A stretch of 64,000 nt of DNA from Candidatus Bathyarchaeota archaeon (GCA_963833125.1 CAWHWX010000012.1:70403-134402); one strand, 5' to 3'. Positions 1 to 10,102 are shown, numbered from the stretch's first letter. Notes: generated by a model not told the origin, from the sequence alone. Numbers and translations are program-made.

Positions 1-1
1 C

Positions 2-640
2 GACATCATAATCTTCGGGGGAGACGGCGGAACCTTCGACATCGGCTTACAAGCACTTTCAGGCGCATTTGAGAGAAGACATGACTTCGTCTATGTCTGT
101 TACGACAACGAAGCCTACATGAACACCGGAATTCAACGATCGAGCGCAACACCCGAAGGGGCGTGGACGACCACGACGCCGGTTAGTGTTGCGTCACCAG
201 GTAAGATCGGGCCGAAAAAGGATCTAGTCGCCATTGCCCTAGCTCATCACGTCGATTACGTAGCCACTGCCTGCACATCTTACTGGAGTGATTTCATCAC
301 CAAGGTTCGTAAAGCTGCTGAGGTTGAAGGTCCAGCTCTGATTCACGCGATCGCCCCGTGTCCGCTGGGATGGCGTTTTCCGACGGATCAGACAATTCAG
401 ATGGGACGACTTGCGGTGCAGAGCCGATACTTCCCGCTCTACGAAGTTGAGAAAGGAAAGTACAAGATGAGCATCAGCCCACACCAAGTACCGCTTGAAG
501 ACTTCCTACGTCAGCAAGGTCGTTTCAGCCACCTGTTCCAACCTCCGGGCGCTCAGGAGCTTATGGTCTTGAAAACACAGGTTGAACAGCGCTGGGCTGC
601 ATTACAAGAACTCTGCCAAGGAAGACATCCAACGTGGTAA
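2..640 (+). CDS. 2-oxoacid (pyruvate-type):ferredoxin oxidoreductase beta (TPP-binding) subunit; 5' end lies outside the window
   Basis: Frame open from window edge. DIIIFGGDGGTFDIGLQALSGAFERRHDFVYVCYDNEAYMNTGIQRS carries the GDG..DIG...NE.Y.NTG thiamine-diphosphate motif of POR/VOR/KOR beta subunits. TAA at 638-640. Confidence 0.85.
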   Translation, partial: DIIIFGGDGGTFDIGLQALSGAFERRHDFVYVCYDNEAYMNTGIQRSSATPEGAWTTTTPVSVASPGKIGPKKDLVAIALAHHVDYVATACTSYWSDFITKVRKAAEVEGPALIHAIAPCPLGWRFPTDQTIQMGRLAVQSRYFPLYEVEKGKYKMSISPHQVPLEDFLRQQGRFSHLFQPPGAQELMVLKTQVEQRWAALQELCQGRHPTW

Positions 641-686
641 CCTCACACGAATGACCTACTGAGATGGAGGTGAGAGATTCTTGGGT

Positions 687-812
687 ATGATCGGAAGATG
701 CGCCGAATGCCGCGATGCCTACGGAAACGACTGCGGAGTATGCACAGTATGCGGAGCCGCTCCTCACGAAGTATGTCTCCACTGCCCACCTAGTCTGACA
801 CTCAGTGGCTAA
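687..812 (+). CDS. small Cys-rich (putative metal-binding) protein, 41 aa, not in the ORF track
   Basis: ATG 687 lies 13 nt after GGAGGTGA (666-673). Translation is MIGRCAECRDAYGNDCGVCTVCGAAPHEVCLHCPPSLTLSG, with seven Cys and two His arranged as CxxC pairs. TAA at 810-812. Confidence 0.4.
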   Translation: MIGRCAECRDAYGNDCGVCTVCGAAPHEVCLHCPPSLTLSG

Positions 813-867
813 ATCAGTCTCCGGATGAGCCACTATCTTCAACGAGATTAGGGGATTAGATAAACGG

Positions 868-875
868 TTTAAGTT
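868..875 (+). promoter_or_regulatory. TATA-box-like element upstream of tRNA-Ala
   Basis: TTTAAGTT is centred about 28 nt upstream of the tRNA 5' end (899), which is typical archaeal TATA spacing. Confidence 0.35.
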
Positions 876-898
876 AGTGTGGGTTTTGTGGCATTCCA

Positions 899-1015
899 GG
901 GCCGGTAGTTCAGCCTGGTATGCCCGAATTTGCTTAGGGGCCAAAGAACGTCCGGTTCGCATCCACGCGAAGGAAAACCGGAAGGCCGCGGGTTCAAATC
1001 CCGCCCGGTCCACCA
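899..1015 (+). tRNA. tRNA-Ala(CGC) with two introns and encoded CCA
   Basis: Acceptor GGGCCGG/CCGGTCC includes G3:U70 (Ala identity). T arm is GCGGG-TTCAAAT-CCCGC. Anticodon arm is TCCGG-TTCGCA[..]A-CCGGA. D stem GTTC...GAAC is split by a ~25 nt insert, and a ~15 nt insert follows position 37. Confidence 0.85.
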
Positions 1016-1311
1016 ACAATCATTATCATTCATTCCACTCATTCTTCTTCCGACAAAGACTCATTTCAGATTATCAATGATAGGCGAATTCGAAATTCAT
1101 GAATCCGTCCCTCCTAGAGTTCTAGCTGAACCATCATAGAGACGAGCGGAATTGGGGAGTGAACGGCGACGGCGTTGACTACGATATATGCATCTAAAAC
1201 CGGTATACACAAAAGTCTCAATGGGCCGACGCAATTTTGGCTTGACTCTATGTTTTAGCTTCCGCAGTACTTTTCACAATCTACTTTCGGTGATTTTCAC
1301 GCACCTTTGTC

Positions 1312-2085
1312 ATGAATGATTTTCCTCTCCGGTGCGTCGTTTCAATCGAAAGGTGTGGGCGCTTGCAAAGGATGTTCCTCTTAGTACTTGTAGCGTTGAC
1401 TATTTTCGTCCCAGCCCCTAGCAGTATGGCGATCGCCCCTAAGGCACCATCTAGAGTTCTGATTCTCTCGTCCGTTGAGAGCCAATATCCGATGCAATAT
1501 ATACTCGACGTGAGGGCGGAGTTGAAACAGGCAGGCTATAACGTTACTTTCGTGAAGGGTGCGGCGATAACAATCAGTCTTCTCACGACTCAACTCGATA
1601 AGTACGACATCGTAATTTGGCGAACCGACATGTACGTGCACGGCAACACAACTTACTGGTACCTCGGCGAGCCTGCTAACCAAACAACTCAGGAAGCATA
1701 TGCGGGAGCAATATCGCTCAGGACAATCGATGTTTCAAACGGAATGCTTGCCGTCAGTGCTGACTTCTTGAGCAGCAACTTCAGCCCAAACTCGCTCGCG
1801 AACGTCAAACTTGCAATTCTCATCTCTAGCATGTCAATAACAATCGCTCAGATATTCATCACGGCAGGAGTTAAGACAACCATTGACTTCTACCAACCCC
1901 TCAACACGCCCCTCAGCCTATTCGACTGGGTCACGAAATCACTCGTTGACTACATGACGACGGGAAGTAGCGTGAAGGATGCCATAGCAAAGACCATCTA
2001 CAACTACGAATATGTGAGCTCACTCAGTGACACTTATTTGCCGCCAATTTCTTTCCTCGGCGATGGGAACCTACAAATCATCTGA
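1312..2085 (+). CDS. hypothetical secreted/membrane-anchored protein
   Basis: N-terminal hydrophobic segment MFLLVLVALTIFVPAPSSMA and several N-x-S/T sequons. No recognisable catalytic motif. Confidence 0.55.
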   Translation: MNDFPLRCVVSIERCGRLQRMFLLVLVALTIFVPAPSSMAIAPKAPSRVLILSSVESQYPMQYILDVRAELKQAGYNVTFVKGAAITISLLTTQLDKYDIVIWRTDMYVHGNTTYWYLGEPANQTTQEAYAGAISLRTIDVSNGMLAVSADFLSSNFSPNSLANVKLAILISSMSITIAQIFITAGVKTTIDFYQPLNTPLSLFDWVTKSLVDYMTTGSSVKDAIAKTIYNYEYVSSLSDTYLPPISFLGDGNLQII

Positions 2086-2214
2086 CCCAACACCCACTCG
2101 TCTGCAAGGTAAGTAAATACTCTCGAAGACCCACCGTTTCTTCGTCAGTAAGTCTTTTTAGCTATCGAACGAGCATCGCTGAACAAATCCGAAACACGCG
2201 GGTGCACACAAATT

Positions 2215-3246
2215 ATGGGCAATAGCCGTAGAGACCTGACTCCGAACCAAACAGCCAGGCCAGCCGTCGCGCTCGCGTTCGTGATCGTGGGGTCCATCCT
2301 GGCATGGGTCCTGAGGTCCCCCGATCTTTCAACTCTCCTTATCGCCGTGATTGGAAGATTCCCACAGTTGCTTGACCCAAGTCTTCACTTGGACGGTGTG
2401 GTTTTTCTACGAAGTCAAATCGAACTGCTGCAGAACTTCTCGACCCAGATTGTTGCGAAAAGTGATTGGGTTACAGGCGAGATGAGGCCGCGCCCGGTCG
2501 CGGTCGGAATCAAACTCAAGTTCTTCTTAGCGGTGGCGACGACCGACGTTTCAATAGTAATTCCGACATGGAATGAAGAAAAATACCTAACCAAATGTCT
2601 CGACTCATTAATCAATCAGTCTTGGCACGGCTCGTTCGAAATTATCGTAGTCGATGGAGGCAGCAACGATCAGACCGTGCAAATCGCTGAGAAATATGCT
2701 GACAAAGTGCTTATCGAACCAAAGCTCCGGGTGGGGGCAGCAAGGAACGCAGGCGCTAGAAATGCGGAGGGCGATATTCTCGCATTTATCGATGGTGACA
2801 CGATTGCTAACTCGCATTGGCTAGAAGCAATCACACGTGGGTTTCATGAGGAATCTATGGCAGTCGGACTTACAGGGCCTACTCTGCCATATGATGGTCA
2901 GCTTTATGATGTTATAACCTATCGATTGTGGACAATTTATCTTCAAAGAATTCTGCTCCACTTTGAGATGCCCCACGTGATTGGTTTCAATTGCGCCTAC
3001 AGGCGTGCGCCGTTCCTGCATGTCGGAGGCTTCGATGAGGAGAATGTAATGTCAGAGGACATTAAACTCGCTCATAAGATACGCCGGTACGGTAAGATCA
3101 AGTTCGATCGGCACATGTCAGCCCTGACGTCTGCGAGAAGGTTCAGAAAATATGGCCGAACCTACATTGCTGGTCTATACATCATGAACGGTTTCTCAAC
3201 ACTCCTGCTCAACAGGAGCCATTCCGATTATCCTCCCGTCCGCTGA
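2215..3246 (+). CDS. family 2 glycosyltransferase with N-terminal membrane segment
   Basis: VSIVIPTWNEEKYL...IIVVDGGSNDQT...FIDGDT (DxD) is typical of the GT2 fold. Confidence 0.8.
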   Translation: MGNSRRDLTPNQTARPAVALAFVIVGSILAWVLRSPDLSTLLIAVIGRFPQLLDPSLHLDGVVFLRSQIELLQNFSTQIVAKSDWVTGEMRPRPVAVGIKLKFFLAVATTDVSIVIPTWNEEKYLTKCLDSLINQSWHGSFEIIVVDGGSNDQTVQIAEKYADKVLIEPKLRVGAARNAGARNAEGDILAFIDGDTIANSHWLEAITRGFHEESMAVGLTGPTLPYDGQLYDVITYRLWTIYLQRILLHFEMPHVIGFNCAYRRAPFLHVGGFDEENVMSEDIKLAHKIRRYGKIKFDRHMSALTSARRFRKYGRTYIAGLYIMNGFSTLLLNRSHSDYPPVR

Positions 3247-3475
3247 ATGTCAGTTAATCCTTAAGCCGCTCGAACTTACACGTTTACCGTCGCAGAATCC
3301 CACCGGGAATGCTTAAAGCTCAATTTCAATCGCATTCAAATGGATTGTAATGCAATTTCATTTAGGCCACTATTTGTCGGTGCGCTCGTCCTCATTTGGG
3401 GGATCGTCACGATAGTGGGCCAGATAATCATTAGCCTGTGGATTCTTTCGCACGCAATCAGGAGAACGTAGGGGA

Positions 3476-4789
3476 TTGGGTTTGAAGGAATCGCAAATTT
3501 CGCTCCCCGTCAACGAACTCCCCACTAAATGGTATAACATTGTGCCTGACCTCCCCGTGAAACTTCCGCCCCCCAAAGAACCTGGAGATGGTGAATCACG
3601 CTTTGAAGCCTTGGGGCGGAGGCTGGTTGGAGAATGCTTGCGACAGGAATCCTCTGATTCACGTTGGATCGACATACCTGACGGTGTCCGAGAACTCTAC
3701 ATTCAGGCTGGCAGGCCACGTCCACTCTACAGAGCCTATAGACTCGAAAAGAAACTAGGCCTCAGCAAGGTTCGGATTTACTACAAAAGAGAGGATCTGA
3801 GCCCGACTGGTTCACATAAAGTAAACACAGCGTTGCCTCAAGCATACTACGCTGCGAAAGAAGGTAAGAAGGTTCTCGTGACGGAGACAGGGGCCGGACA
3901 GTGGGGAACCGCCCTAGCTTACGCAGCATGTCTAATGGGACTCTCGACGGTCGTCTTCTGGGTTCGAGCAGTACACGAGTGGAAAAGCGCGCGTCGAGCG
4001 CTGATGCAAATGTACGGCGCAAAAGTGTTCGCCTCACCAAGCGCCGAAACAACGTTTGGCAAGCGCCTGTTGAGAGAGAATCCCAAACATCCTGGATCAC
4101 TAGGTATCGCGGTATCAGAGGGGCTTGAGTACACGGACGGGTCACCCGAGAGAGTTTACTGCCTCGGCTCCGTCCTAAACCACGTCCTCATCCATCAATC
4201 GATCATAGGACTTGAGGCGATCAAACAGTTCGACTATGTAGATGACTCACCAGATCTAATCGTCGGTTGCTTGGGAGGAGGATCAAACTTCGGCGGCATT
4301 GCACTCCCATTCATGGGCGAAGTACTCGCTGGCAAGAGAACATGTGAATTCCTCGCGGCCCAATCCGAAGCCGCGCCCAACCTAATCCAAGGGAAATACC
4401 AGTACGATTACGGCGACTCGGCAGGGCATACGCCCCTACTGATGATGTACACACTTGGTCATGAGGCGGAGATGAAGCCCATACGATCCGACGGCCTCCG
4501 GTATCACGCTGCCGCCCCCATCATAAGTGCGCTGAGGCACAGTGGACACATCAGGGCGGTAGCTTACCCCGCAGATGAGGTGGCTGTATTCGCTGCTGCT
4601 AAAATCTTCCTCGAGTCCGAAGGATGGCTAATCGCAGGGGAATCCGCCCACGGAGTTCGCGCCGCGATTGATGAAGCGAAAGCAGCCGAATCTAAGGGCG
4701 AAAAGAAATGCATACTCGTTAACATCAGCGGACATGGGTTCCTAGATATGGACGCATATCGCTCAGTCCTTAAACTGGATAGCCAATAG
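3476..4789 (+). CDS. trpB: TrpB2-type tryptophan synthase beta-like PLP enzyme
   Basis: LPTKWYNIVPDLP...KREDLSPTGSHKVNTALPQAYYA...GCLGGGSNFGG is the TrpB2 signature with the PLP lysine. Start is TTG, so the start is uncertain. Confidence 0.85.
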   Translation: MGLKESQISLPVNELPTKWYNIVPDLPVKLPPPKEPGDGESRFEALGRRLVGECLRQESSDSRWIDIPDGVRELYIQAGRPRPLYRAYRLEKKLGLSKVRIYYKREDLSPTGSHKVNTALPQAYYAAKEGKKVLVTETGAGQWGTALAYAACLMGLSTVVFWVRAVHEWKSARRALMQMYGAKVFASPSAETTFGKRLLRENPKHPGSLGIAVSEGLEYTDGSPERVYCLGSVLNHVLIHQSIIGLEAIKQFDYVDDSPDLIVGCLGGGSNFGGIALPFMGEVLAGKRTCEFLAAQSEAAPNLIQGKYQYDYGDSAGHTPLLMMYTLGHEAEMKPIRSDGLRYHAAAPIISALRHSGHIRAVAYPADEVAVFAAAKIFLESEGWLIAGESAHGVRAAIDEAKAAESKGEKKCILVNISGHGFLDMDAYRSVLKLDSQ

Positions 4790-4811
4790 CAGAGCATCTA
4801 ATCGTTGACGA

Positions 4812-5708
4812 TCAGAGACCGAGCAATTTCCTAGCATTTCCCGAAAGGATCATCGTTCTCACTTCAGGCTTGAGCGGCAGTGCCTCGAAGTCCTGAAGCC
4901 ATCTGCTCGGGCTTAACATCGGGTAGTCTGTCCCAAACAGAAACTTGTGAGGAATCAATTTCGACATGTAAGTTACCAAGAGTGGCTGGAAGTATTTCGG
5001 AGACCAGCCTGAGAGATCGATGTACGTATTCTCTTTGTGCATTGCGATCGCGAGTTGCTCATCCTGCCATGGCCATCCAGGATGTGCCATTATGAGCTTC
5101 AATTCAGGGAAGTCTGCCGCCACATCATCCAAGAGCATAGGATCCGAAAAACGCAGCTTCAAACCTCCACCTCCGTCCAGCCCTGCACCCCAATAGGTCG
5201 AGCCTGTGTGGAACGTAATTGGTATCTTCAGTTCGACACATTTTGAGTATATCGGGTAATATTTGCGATCGTTCGGCTCAAATGCTTGGGCTTGAGGATG
5301 CAGCTTCAACCCTCGGAGTTTCAGTTCCGTAACGGCGTGCTCAAGATCTTTTACGGCAGACTTCTTGTGCGGGTCCACCGAAGCGAACCCTATAATCTGA
5401 TCCGGGTACTGTTCAGCGATCTTTGCCACGAATTCATTCGTGACTGGTGGTCTGTGGCTTGCTGTTTCGGCGTCCCATGCGAAGAGCACAAGCTTCTCAA
5501 CTCCGCAATTTGAGTACTCTTCGAGCATCCCCTCAATCGTCTTTAGTTCTATATCGTGCCCAAATTTCTTTGCCGCGGCGGCGACTTGTGCGCCGCCCGA
5601 TTCTATGAGAAATTCCTTAGTTGGAGGGTGCACGTGCATGTCGATGAATCCACCCCTATTGTGCTGCAGCGCGTACACCTTTGATTGAGTCTTGAATCGA
5701 CTAAGCAA
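4812..5708 (-). CDS. amidohydrolase-2 family metal-dependent hydrolase/decarboxylase
   Basis: IDMHVHPP (HxH), later HTGS, AHPGWPW and FGTDYP are TIM-barrel amidohydrolase motifs. TTG start is uncertain. Confidence 0.7.
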   Translation of the reverse strand: MLSRFKTQSKVYALQHNRGGFIDMHVHPPTKEFLIESGGAQVAAAAKKFGHDIELKTIEGMLEEYSNCGVEKLVLFAWDAETASHRPPVTNEFVAKIAEQYPDQIIGFASVDPHKKSAVKDLEHAVTELKLRGLKLHPQAQAFEPNDRKYYPIYSKCVELKIPITFHTGSTYWGAGLDGGGGLKLRFSDPMLLDDVAADFPELKLIMAHPGWPWQDEQLAIAMHKENTYIDLSGWSPKYFQPLLVTYMSKLIPHKFLFGTDYPMLSPSRWLQDFEALPLKPEVRTMILSGNARKLLGL

Positions 5709-5734
5709 TCATAAAAACACACAATGTGAATCTG

Positions 5735-6166
5735 TTAGGACGTTTCGATCGCTACGGGTTTGTCAGTTACCTCGCTGATCTGGTCTTCAATAGATGTCTT
5801 GTGCTTGAGGACATTCTTTGTCAGCTGGTCCATTCGTCGACGCAATTCTGAGTTATGAGCGGTGAGGGTCTCTTTCTCGCGGTGAATACTCGCTAAGGAT
5901 TGGTCCAATTGCTCCATTCTATCAAAAAGTCCAGAAGCCTTCAGCTGGCGAAGTGTTTCCTGGATATTCGCTTGAATCGCCAAATATTCTTCACGCATTT
6001 TGTCGACGACGCCAGCCTTGAATTGTTGTATCACCTCTTCTGCTCTATGGAGCCTTCGTTCCTCGATATCTAGATCTCCGCGCGCCAGTTCATCGCTTAG
6101 TTGGTCGAGCAGTCGAGTCAAGGCAAATGTTTGTCCGCCTGCGACCGTATCTATCGTGATTATCAA
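5735..6166 (-). CDS. coiled-coil protein (possibly the C-terminal part of the upstream ORF)
   Basis: Heptad-rich, charged sequence. TTG start. Overlaps the upstream ORF by 77 nt in another frame. Confidence 0.5.
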   Translation of the reverse strand: MIITIDTVAGGQTFALTRLLDQLSDELARGDLDIEERRLHRAEEVIQQFKAGVVDKMREEYLAIQANIQETLRQLKASGLFDRMEQLDQSLASIHREKETLTAHNSELRRRMDQLTKNVLKHKTSIEDQISEVTDKPVAIETS

Positions 6167-6950
6167 TCAGGCTGCGCAGCGTCCCAATATCCACGGTTTT
6201 GTTCCGGTTTGATGCGGCCTCTCGTTCGAGTTTTGTGAGGGGCTTGATTACCGGCTGGAAGAACTGCTTTATCTCGTCTCCTTTAGCTTGTAGCGAGTTC
6301 TCATAGCCTTTCAATTCAAGATATGCTTCCTCAGAAGCAACGTTCTCCTTAGCTGCCTGTATTTCCTTCTCTTTGCCTTTCAATTCTTCAAGAGAGTTAG
6401 TCTGTTCGTTCTCCTCGGCTCTGAGTTTCCGGAGTTCACTGTGCATCTGTGGTAGGAGTTGCGCATCTTTTTGCAGCAGCTCGAATTTATTTCCTGGGGA
6501 TTCATCAAGCGCTTTACCCAATGAGCGAACGGCTGATTCCATCCTCCCTAGGGCAACATTAAGTGCCGCCATTTCAACTCGTAGTCCACGGCGGAGTTTG
6601 GGAAGGTACTTGCGAACGGTCTTTATGATTTTATTAAGCGCCTCAACAGAGTCATCGTGAAACTTCTCTAAGTCTTGGTAGCTTGTCGAGGTTTGTTGTC
6701 GAGAAAGATTCTTGGATGTTTCCTGGATCGTTTGTGCCATACGGGTTCCGTAATCTGAGGCGGACTTATCCATCGTTCCCCATGCGTTCCGAACAGCCGC
6801 CTCTAACCTAGACGCTGCGCTTTCAAGGCTATTGCACGCCTCCTTCACAGCCCTGGTTCTTTCGGCAAACCGTTTCTCATGTTCATTCATTACTTTGCGT
6901 TCTAACGATTGACAGAAATTAGGCAGGTCATCGACGCCAATATCCGTCAA
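6090..6950 (-). CDS. long coiled-coil protein
   Basis: About 280 aa of E/K/L/Q-rich heptad sequence. The likelier start is the internal ATG (MNEHEKRF). Confidence 0.55.
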   Translation of the reverse strand: MTDIGVDDLPNFCQSLERKVMNEHEKRFAERTRAVKEACNSLESAASRLEAAVRNAWGTMDKSASDYGTRMAQTIQETSKNLSRQQTSTSYQDLEKFHDDSVEALNKIIKTVRKYLPKLRRGLRVEMAALNVALGRMESAVRSLGKALDESPGNKFELLQKDAQLLPQMHSELRKLRAEENEQTNSLEELKGKEKEIQAAKENVASEEAYLELKGYENSLQAKGDEIKQFFQPVIKPLTKLEREAASNRNKTVDIGTLRSLIDNHDRYGRRRTNICLDSTARPTKR

Positions 6951-6952
6951 TC

Positions 6953-7870
6953 CTATCCCGCCACTCGATTGTCCGTGTTTCCCGAAGTCGACGAATCCTC
7001 TTTCTGAGCGTCCTGACTTTGGATCCTAAGTCGGTCTAGAGAGGCCTCTACTGCTTGGCGAATTTGTTCGCAGACGCTTCTTCTAATCTCCAATCCATCG
7101 TCTACCGTACTTTCTTTCAATTTCGCCAACTGCTGCCTTAACTCCGCTTCTTGCACGCTGACCTGTTTTCGTTTTTCCTGATAGTTAGATCTCAAGCCGT
7201 CCAGTTGTAGTTTGAGTTTCTCTTCCTTACCATGTAGGGCGCTTTTTTTCGATTGAAGCGAATGCGAGCTACCTTCAATTTTGACTTTCGACCTGCCGAG
7301 GATCCTGTCGAGCACGGTAGGCTTCTTGCGGAGCAGCTTCAGCCTTTCTGCATCGAGGGCATCAATCTCGCCGCGAATCTTATCTATGGATCTCTCATAC
7401 CCTCTTCTCGCTTCATGTGTCCGGTTCCTTTGCTCTCTTTCCAGATCAGAAATTTCAACATCATATATCGACAACTGCTTTTGTAAATCCGTGACTTGAG
7501 TAGAGAGGGCCATCTCTCCCTCGATTCTCTTTGTGAGTTCGTTTCGTATATTCGTCATCAGCGTTGTTATCGTGGCCTCGTATTGCTTGTCCGCTGCATC
7601 AGGTATGGAATCCTTGAAGTCGGCCAAGACACTCTCTATATCCTTCAACCAACGCTGGAAATGCTCGTAGAACGGAGGTAGGGCGAAGCGTTGGTTTCCT
7701 AAATGATCGAGCGCGTTCGTTATTCTTGATGAGACATCATGAGGGTTTACCGGGATTACTTCTTGATAGGGGAATGCGTTTTCTGGTCTAGTTCTTTCTT
7801 CTTTGAGGGCGGGTTTCTTCGTCGATGCTCTACGAGAGCGCATGCCGCGAGTACGTGGTTCGTAGCTCAT
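6953..7870 (-). CDS. long coiled-coil protein with basic N-terminus
   Basis: ATG start. Basic tail MSYEPRTRGMRSRRASTKK followed by about 200 aa of coiled coil. Its stop abuts the next ORF. Confidence 0.6.
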   Translation of the reverse strand: MSYEPRTRGMRSRRASTKKPALKEERTRPENAFPYQEVIPVNPHDVSSRITNALDHLGNQRFALPPFYEHFQRWLKDIESVLADFKDSIPDAADKQYEATITTLMTNIRNELTKRIEGEMALSTQVTDLQKQLSIYDVEISDLEREQRNRTHEARRGYERSIDKIRGEIDALDAERLKLLRKKPTVLDRILGRSKVKIEGSSHSLQSKKSALHGKEEKLKLQLDGLRSNYQEKRKQVSVQEAELRQQLAKLKESTVDDGLEIRRSVCEQIRQAVEASLDRLRIQSQDAQKEDSSTSGNTDNRVAG

Positions 7871-7921
7871 GGTTGGTCCGTTCGATTTTCTCTGTATATA
7901 TGTAAAGCGTGAGTCGGCGTT

Positions 7922-8395
7922 CTAGTGGCTCTCAGGGCTCCTTAGCCAATAGTGGCGTATCGTTAAACCTGCGACTATTCCGCCTGCGTGGGCCAGAAAA
8001 CCGCCACCCGCGAAGACATTCAATCCGATGAATAAGATCATACCGACGAGTCCCTTCCAGCCTCCCGCTGCCGCAAGCAGTCCAAATATTGCCCCGGAGG
8101 CACCCACGCCTATCGCGTTGCCTCCAAGAAAGAGGAACGCAATATTCCCAGCCAGTCCACTTGCGAAATATGTAACTAACCATTTCTTTCTTGAGACTTG
8201 CTCCTCGAGAGAGGTTCCGAAGATTAGGAGAAACAGTACGTTTCCACCGAGGTGTGAAGGGTTCGCGTGAAGGAATAACGATGTGAACAGCATCCACACT
8301 GCGCCTTGCCAAACAGCTGAATTTACTTGAGCAAGCGGGTAGAACACATCGTAATTAAGGGAAAGCAAGTTGCCGCCAACAATCCCCGTAATCAA
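7922..8395 (-). CDS. rhomboid-family intramembrane serine protease
   Basis: Contains LHANPSHLGGNVLFL (H..N), GASGAIFGL (GxSG) and AHAGG (catalytic His). The N-terminus probably continues upstream in another frame (MAEQRNSRIRDSPSVL...). Confidence 0.8.
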   Translation of the reverse strand: MITGIVGGNLLSLNYDVFYPLAQVNSAVWQGAVWMLFTSLFLHANPSHLGGNVLFLLIFGTSLEEQVSRKKWLVTYFASGLAGNIAFLFLGGNAIGVGASGAIFGLLAAAGGWKGLVGMILFIGLNVFAGGGFLAHAGGIVAGLTIRHYWLRSPESH

Positions 8396-8522
8396 ATAAA
8401 CAACAATCAGCGACGCCTGACATTAGCACTGACGGAGAATCTCTGATTCTAGAATTTCGCTGCTCCGCCATACTCAAGCGTCCTCTTGGGTGAATTCGTT
8501 GCTTTTCAGCCCGATTTAATAA

Positions 8523-9423
8523 GTGACTCTCCCTCACCAGCAGCTTGTGACAGTCTCATCGACGCGAGCGTTTCAAATTGGCGAAAGAATTGCGAGACTC
8601 TCAGTCCTAACCCTCCTGGCGATAGGCGTTGTAGAATTAATTGTTGGGTTTTGGACTCGCAGTCTGGGGTTGAAAGCTGATGGCGTCGATTCACTTTCTG
8701 ATTCCGTTGTATCCCTAATTGTATGGGTTGGTTTGCACTATTCTAGGCGTAGGCCTGACGCACGTTTTCATTTCGGATACCATAAGGTGGAGAGCCTATC
8801 CCGCGCTCGTCGTGTCGTTCGCAACGGTTGGGGTAGCGATGTATATTATGTATAATGCCTACCGTACCTTCCTGAACCCGAACACGATCGCATATCCAAC
8901 TCTGGCCCTCGCGACGTTGGCCGTGTGCGGTTCCATCTCTGCATACCGAGCTTTTCAAATGAGAGCCATAGCGAAAAAGTATGGGCTGCTCTCTCTCAGG
9001 ACGGACGCAAACAATTCGATCAAGGATGCTACCGGAACCCTGGTGGTCTTCGTGAGCATAATCGGAGCTTCACTGGGGATTCATGTCCTCGACGCCGTCG
9101 GTGGTATGATCATCGCAATTTACATTCTCGGCGTCGCCTACGTCGCAATTCGAGAATCATCACTGATTTTGCTGGACGCCTGTGAAAGCCCGGAGCTCAG
9201 TGCGGTGTTGGCTGGGGCATTGAAAACCGTTGAAGGTATAGAGGAGGTTGGGAATATCAGGATGCGGCCGTCTGGCCCCTACATTACGGGGATCATATCC
9301 GTCCTTGTTGACGGGCGAAGAACAATCGATGAGACAGAGCAACTACGTCGCAAGGTTTTGGAAGTAGTGTCAGCAATAGTTGATCCAGTGGGAGAAATAT
9401 CGATCGTGTTCAGGCCAAAGTGA
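8523..9423 (+). CDS. cation diffusion facilitator (CDF) metal efflux transporter, interrupted by one frameshift
   Basis: Fragment 8523-8855 (ADGVDSLSDSVVS...FHFGYHKVESL) continues in fragment 8719-9423 (ALVVSFATVG...). The junction is at the CCC run 8800-8802. Confidence 0.8.
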
Positions 9424-9448
9424 GTAGAATAGGAGGTTTACTACGTGC

Positions 9449-10102
9449 TCATAGTCGGTCCACGTTGTCATACCAAGCAGTCAGTTTCTCGAACTTGTCA
9501 GGAAACTGGTTGCCTGAGTATGGAAGTGGTGTGACCGCTCCAAAAGCTGCGAAGTCTGCAAGGCTAGGTTTCTCGTCAATCAAGAATCTATGGTCCGTCA
9601 GCATTTCCTCAAGAATTTGAAAGTGGTTTTCCATCTGGATCTTCAGCTCGGGTCTCCTAGCTTGGAGCAGTTCTAACGAGCCACGTTTTGTTTCTTGGAG
9701 CTCGACGAAGACCCATCTTTCAACGTCATCTTTGAAGGTTTTCGGAAAATCAGGGACGGCGTACTGCCAAACAACATCCTCGAGGCGGTAGTGAGCCCAA
9801 TTCTCGATCGCTTTCGCCTCGCCCCTTGTATGGTTCGGGTAAATGCTTGGCTCTGGAACCATTACCTCTAAGAAATCAGGAATTTCAGCGTAAGTTATGA
9901 TCTGATTACCGTCAACAAGGGCGGGGACATAATCTTGTCCGGTAGCTTTGAGTAATTCTCTTTTGTCGTGGGCTCCTACCGAGTTGATTTTGTACTTGAT
10001 CTTTTTGTAATCCATTATTTTTCGAGCTTTGACACACCAGTGACTCCAGGGTTCTTGGAATAGTGTGAGCATAAGACGGCTATCCTTCGATCTTCTCGAC
10101 AA
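9449..10102 (-). CDS. glutaredoxin-2/GST-like thioredoxin-fold protein
   Basis: The N-terminus (LTLFQEPWSHWCVKARKIMDYKKIKY...VPALVDGNQII) is a GST-N/Grx fold, followed by a helical GST-C-like half. The probable start is the ATG at 10072. Confidence 0.6.
   Translation of the reverse strand: MSRRSKDSRLMLTLFQEPWSHWCVKARKIMDYKKIKYKINSVGAHDKRELLKATGQDYVPALVDGNQIITYAEIPDFLEVMVPEPSIYPNHTRGEAKAIENWAHYRLEDVVWQYAVPDFPKTFKDDVERWVFVELQETKRGSLELLQARRPELKIQMENHFQILEEMLTDHRFLIDEKPSLADFAAFGAVTPLPYSGNQFPDKFEKLTAWYDNVDRL

Noticed and set aside
561-1019. 152-aa minus-strand ORF, and small plus-strand ORFs at 877-1139
   Set aside because: They run antisense to or across the well-folded tRNA-Ala gene and the 3' end of the oxidoreductase gene. 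They show no protein-like motif and are most likely spurious.
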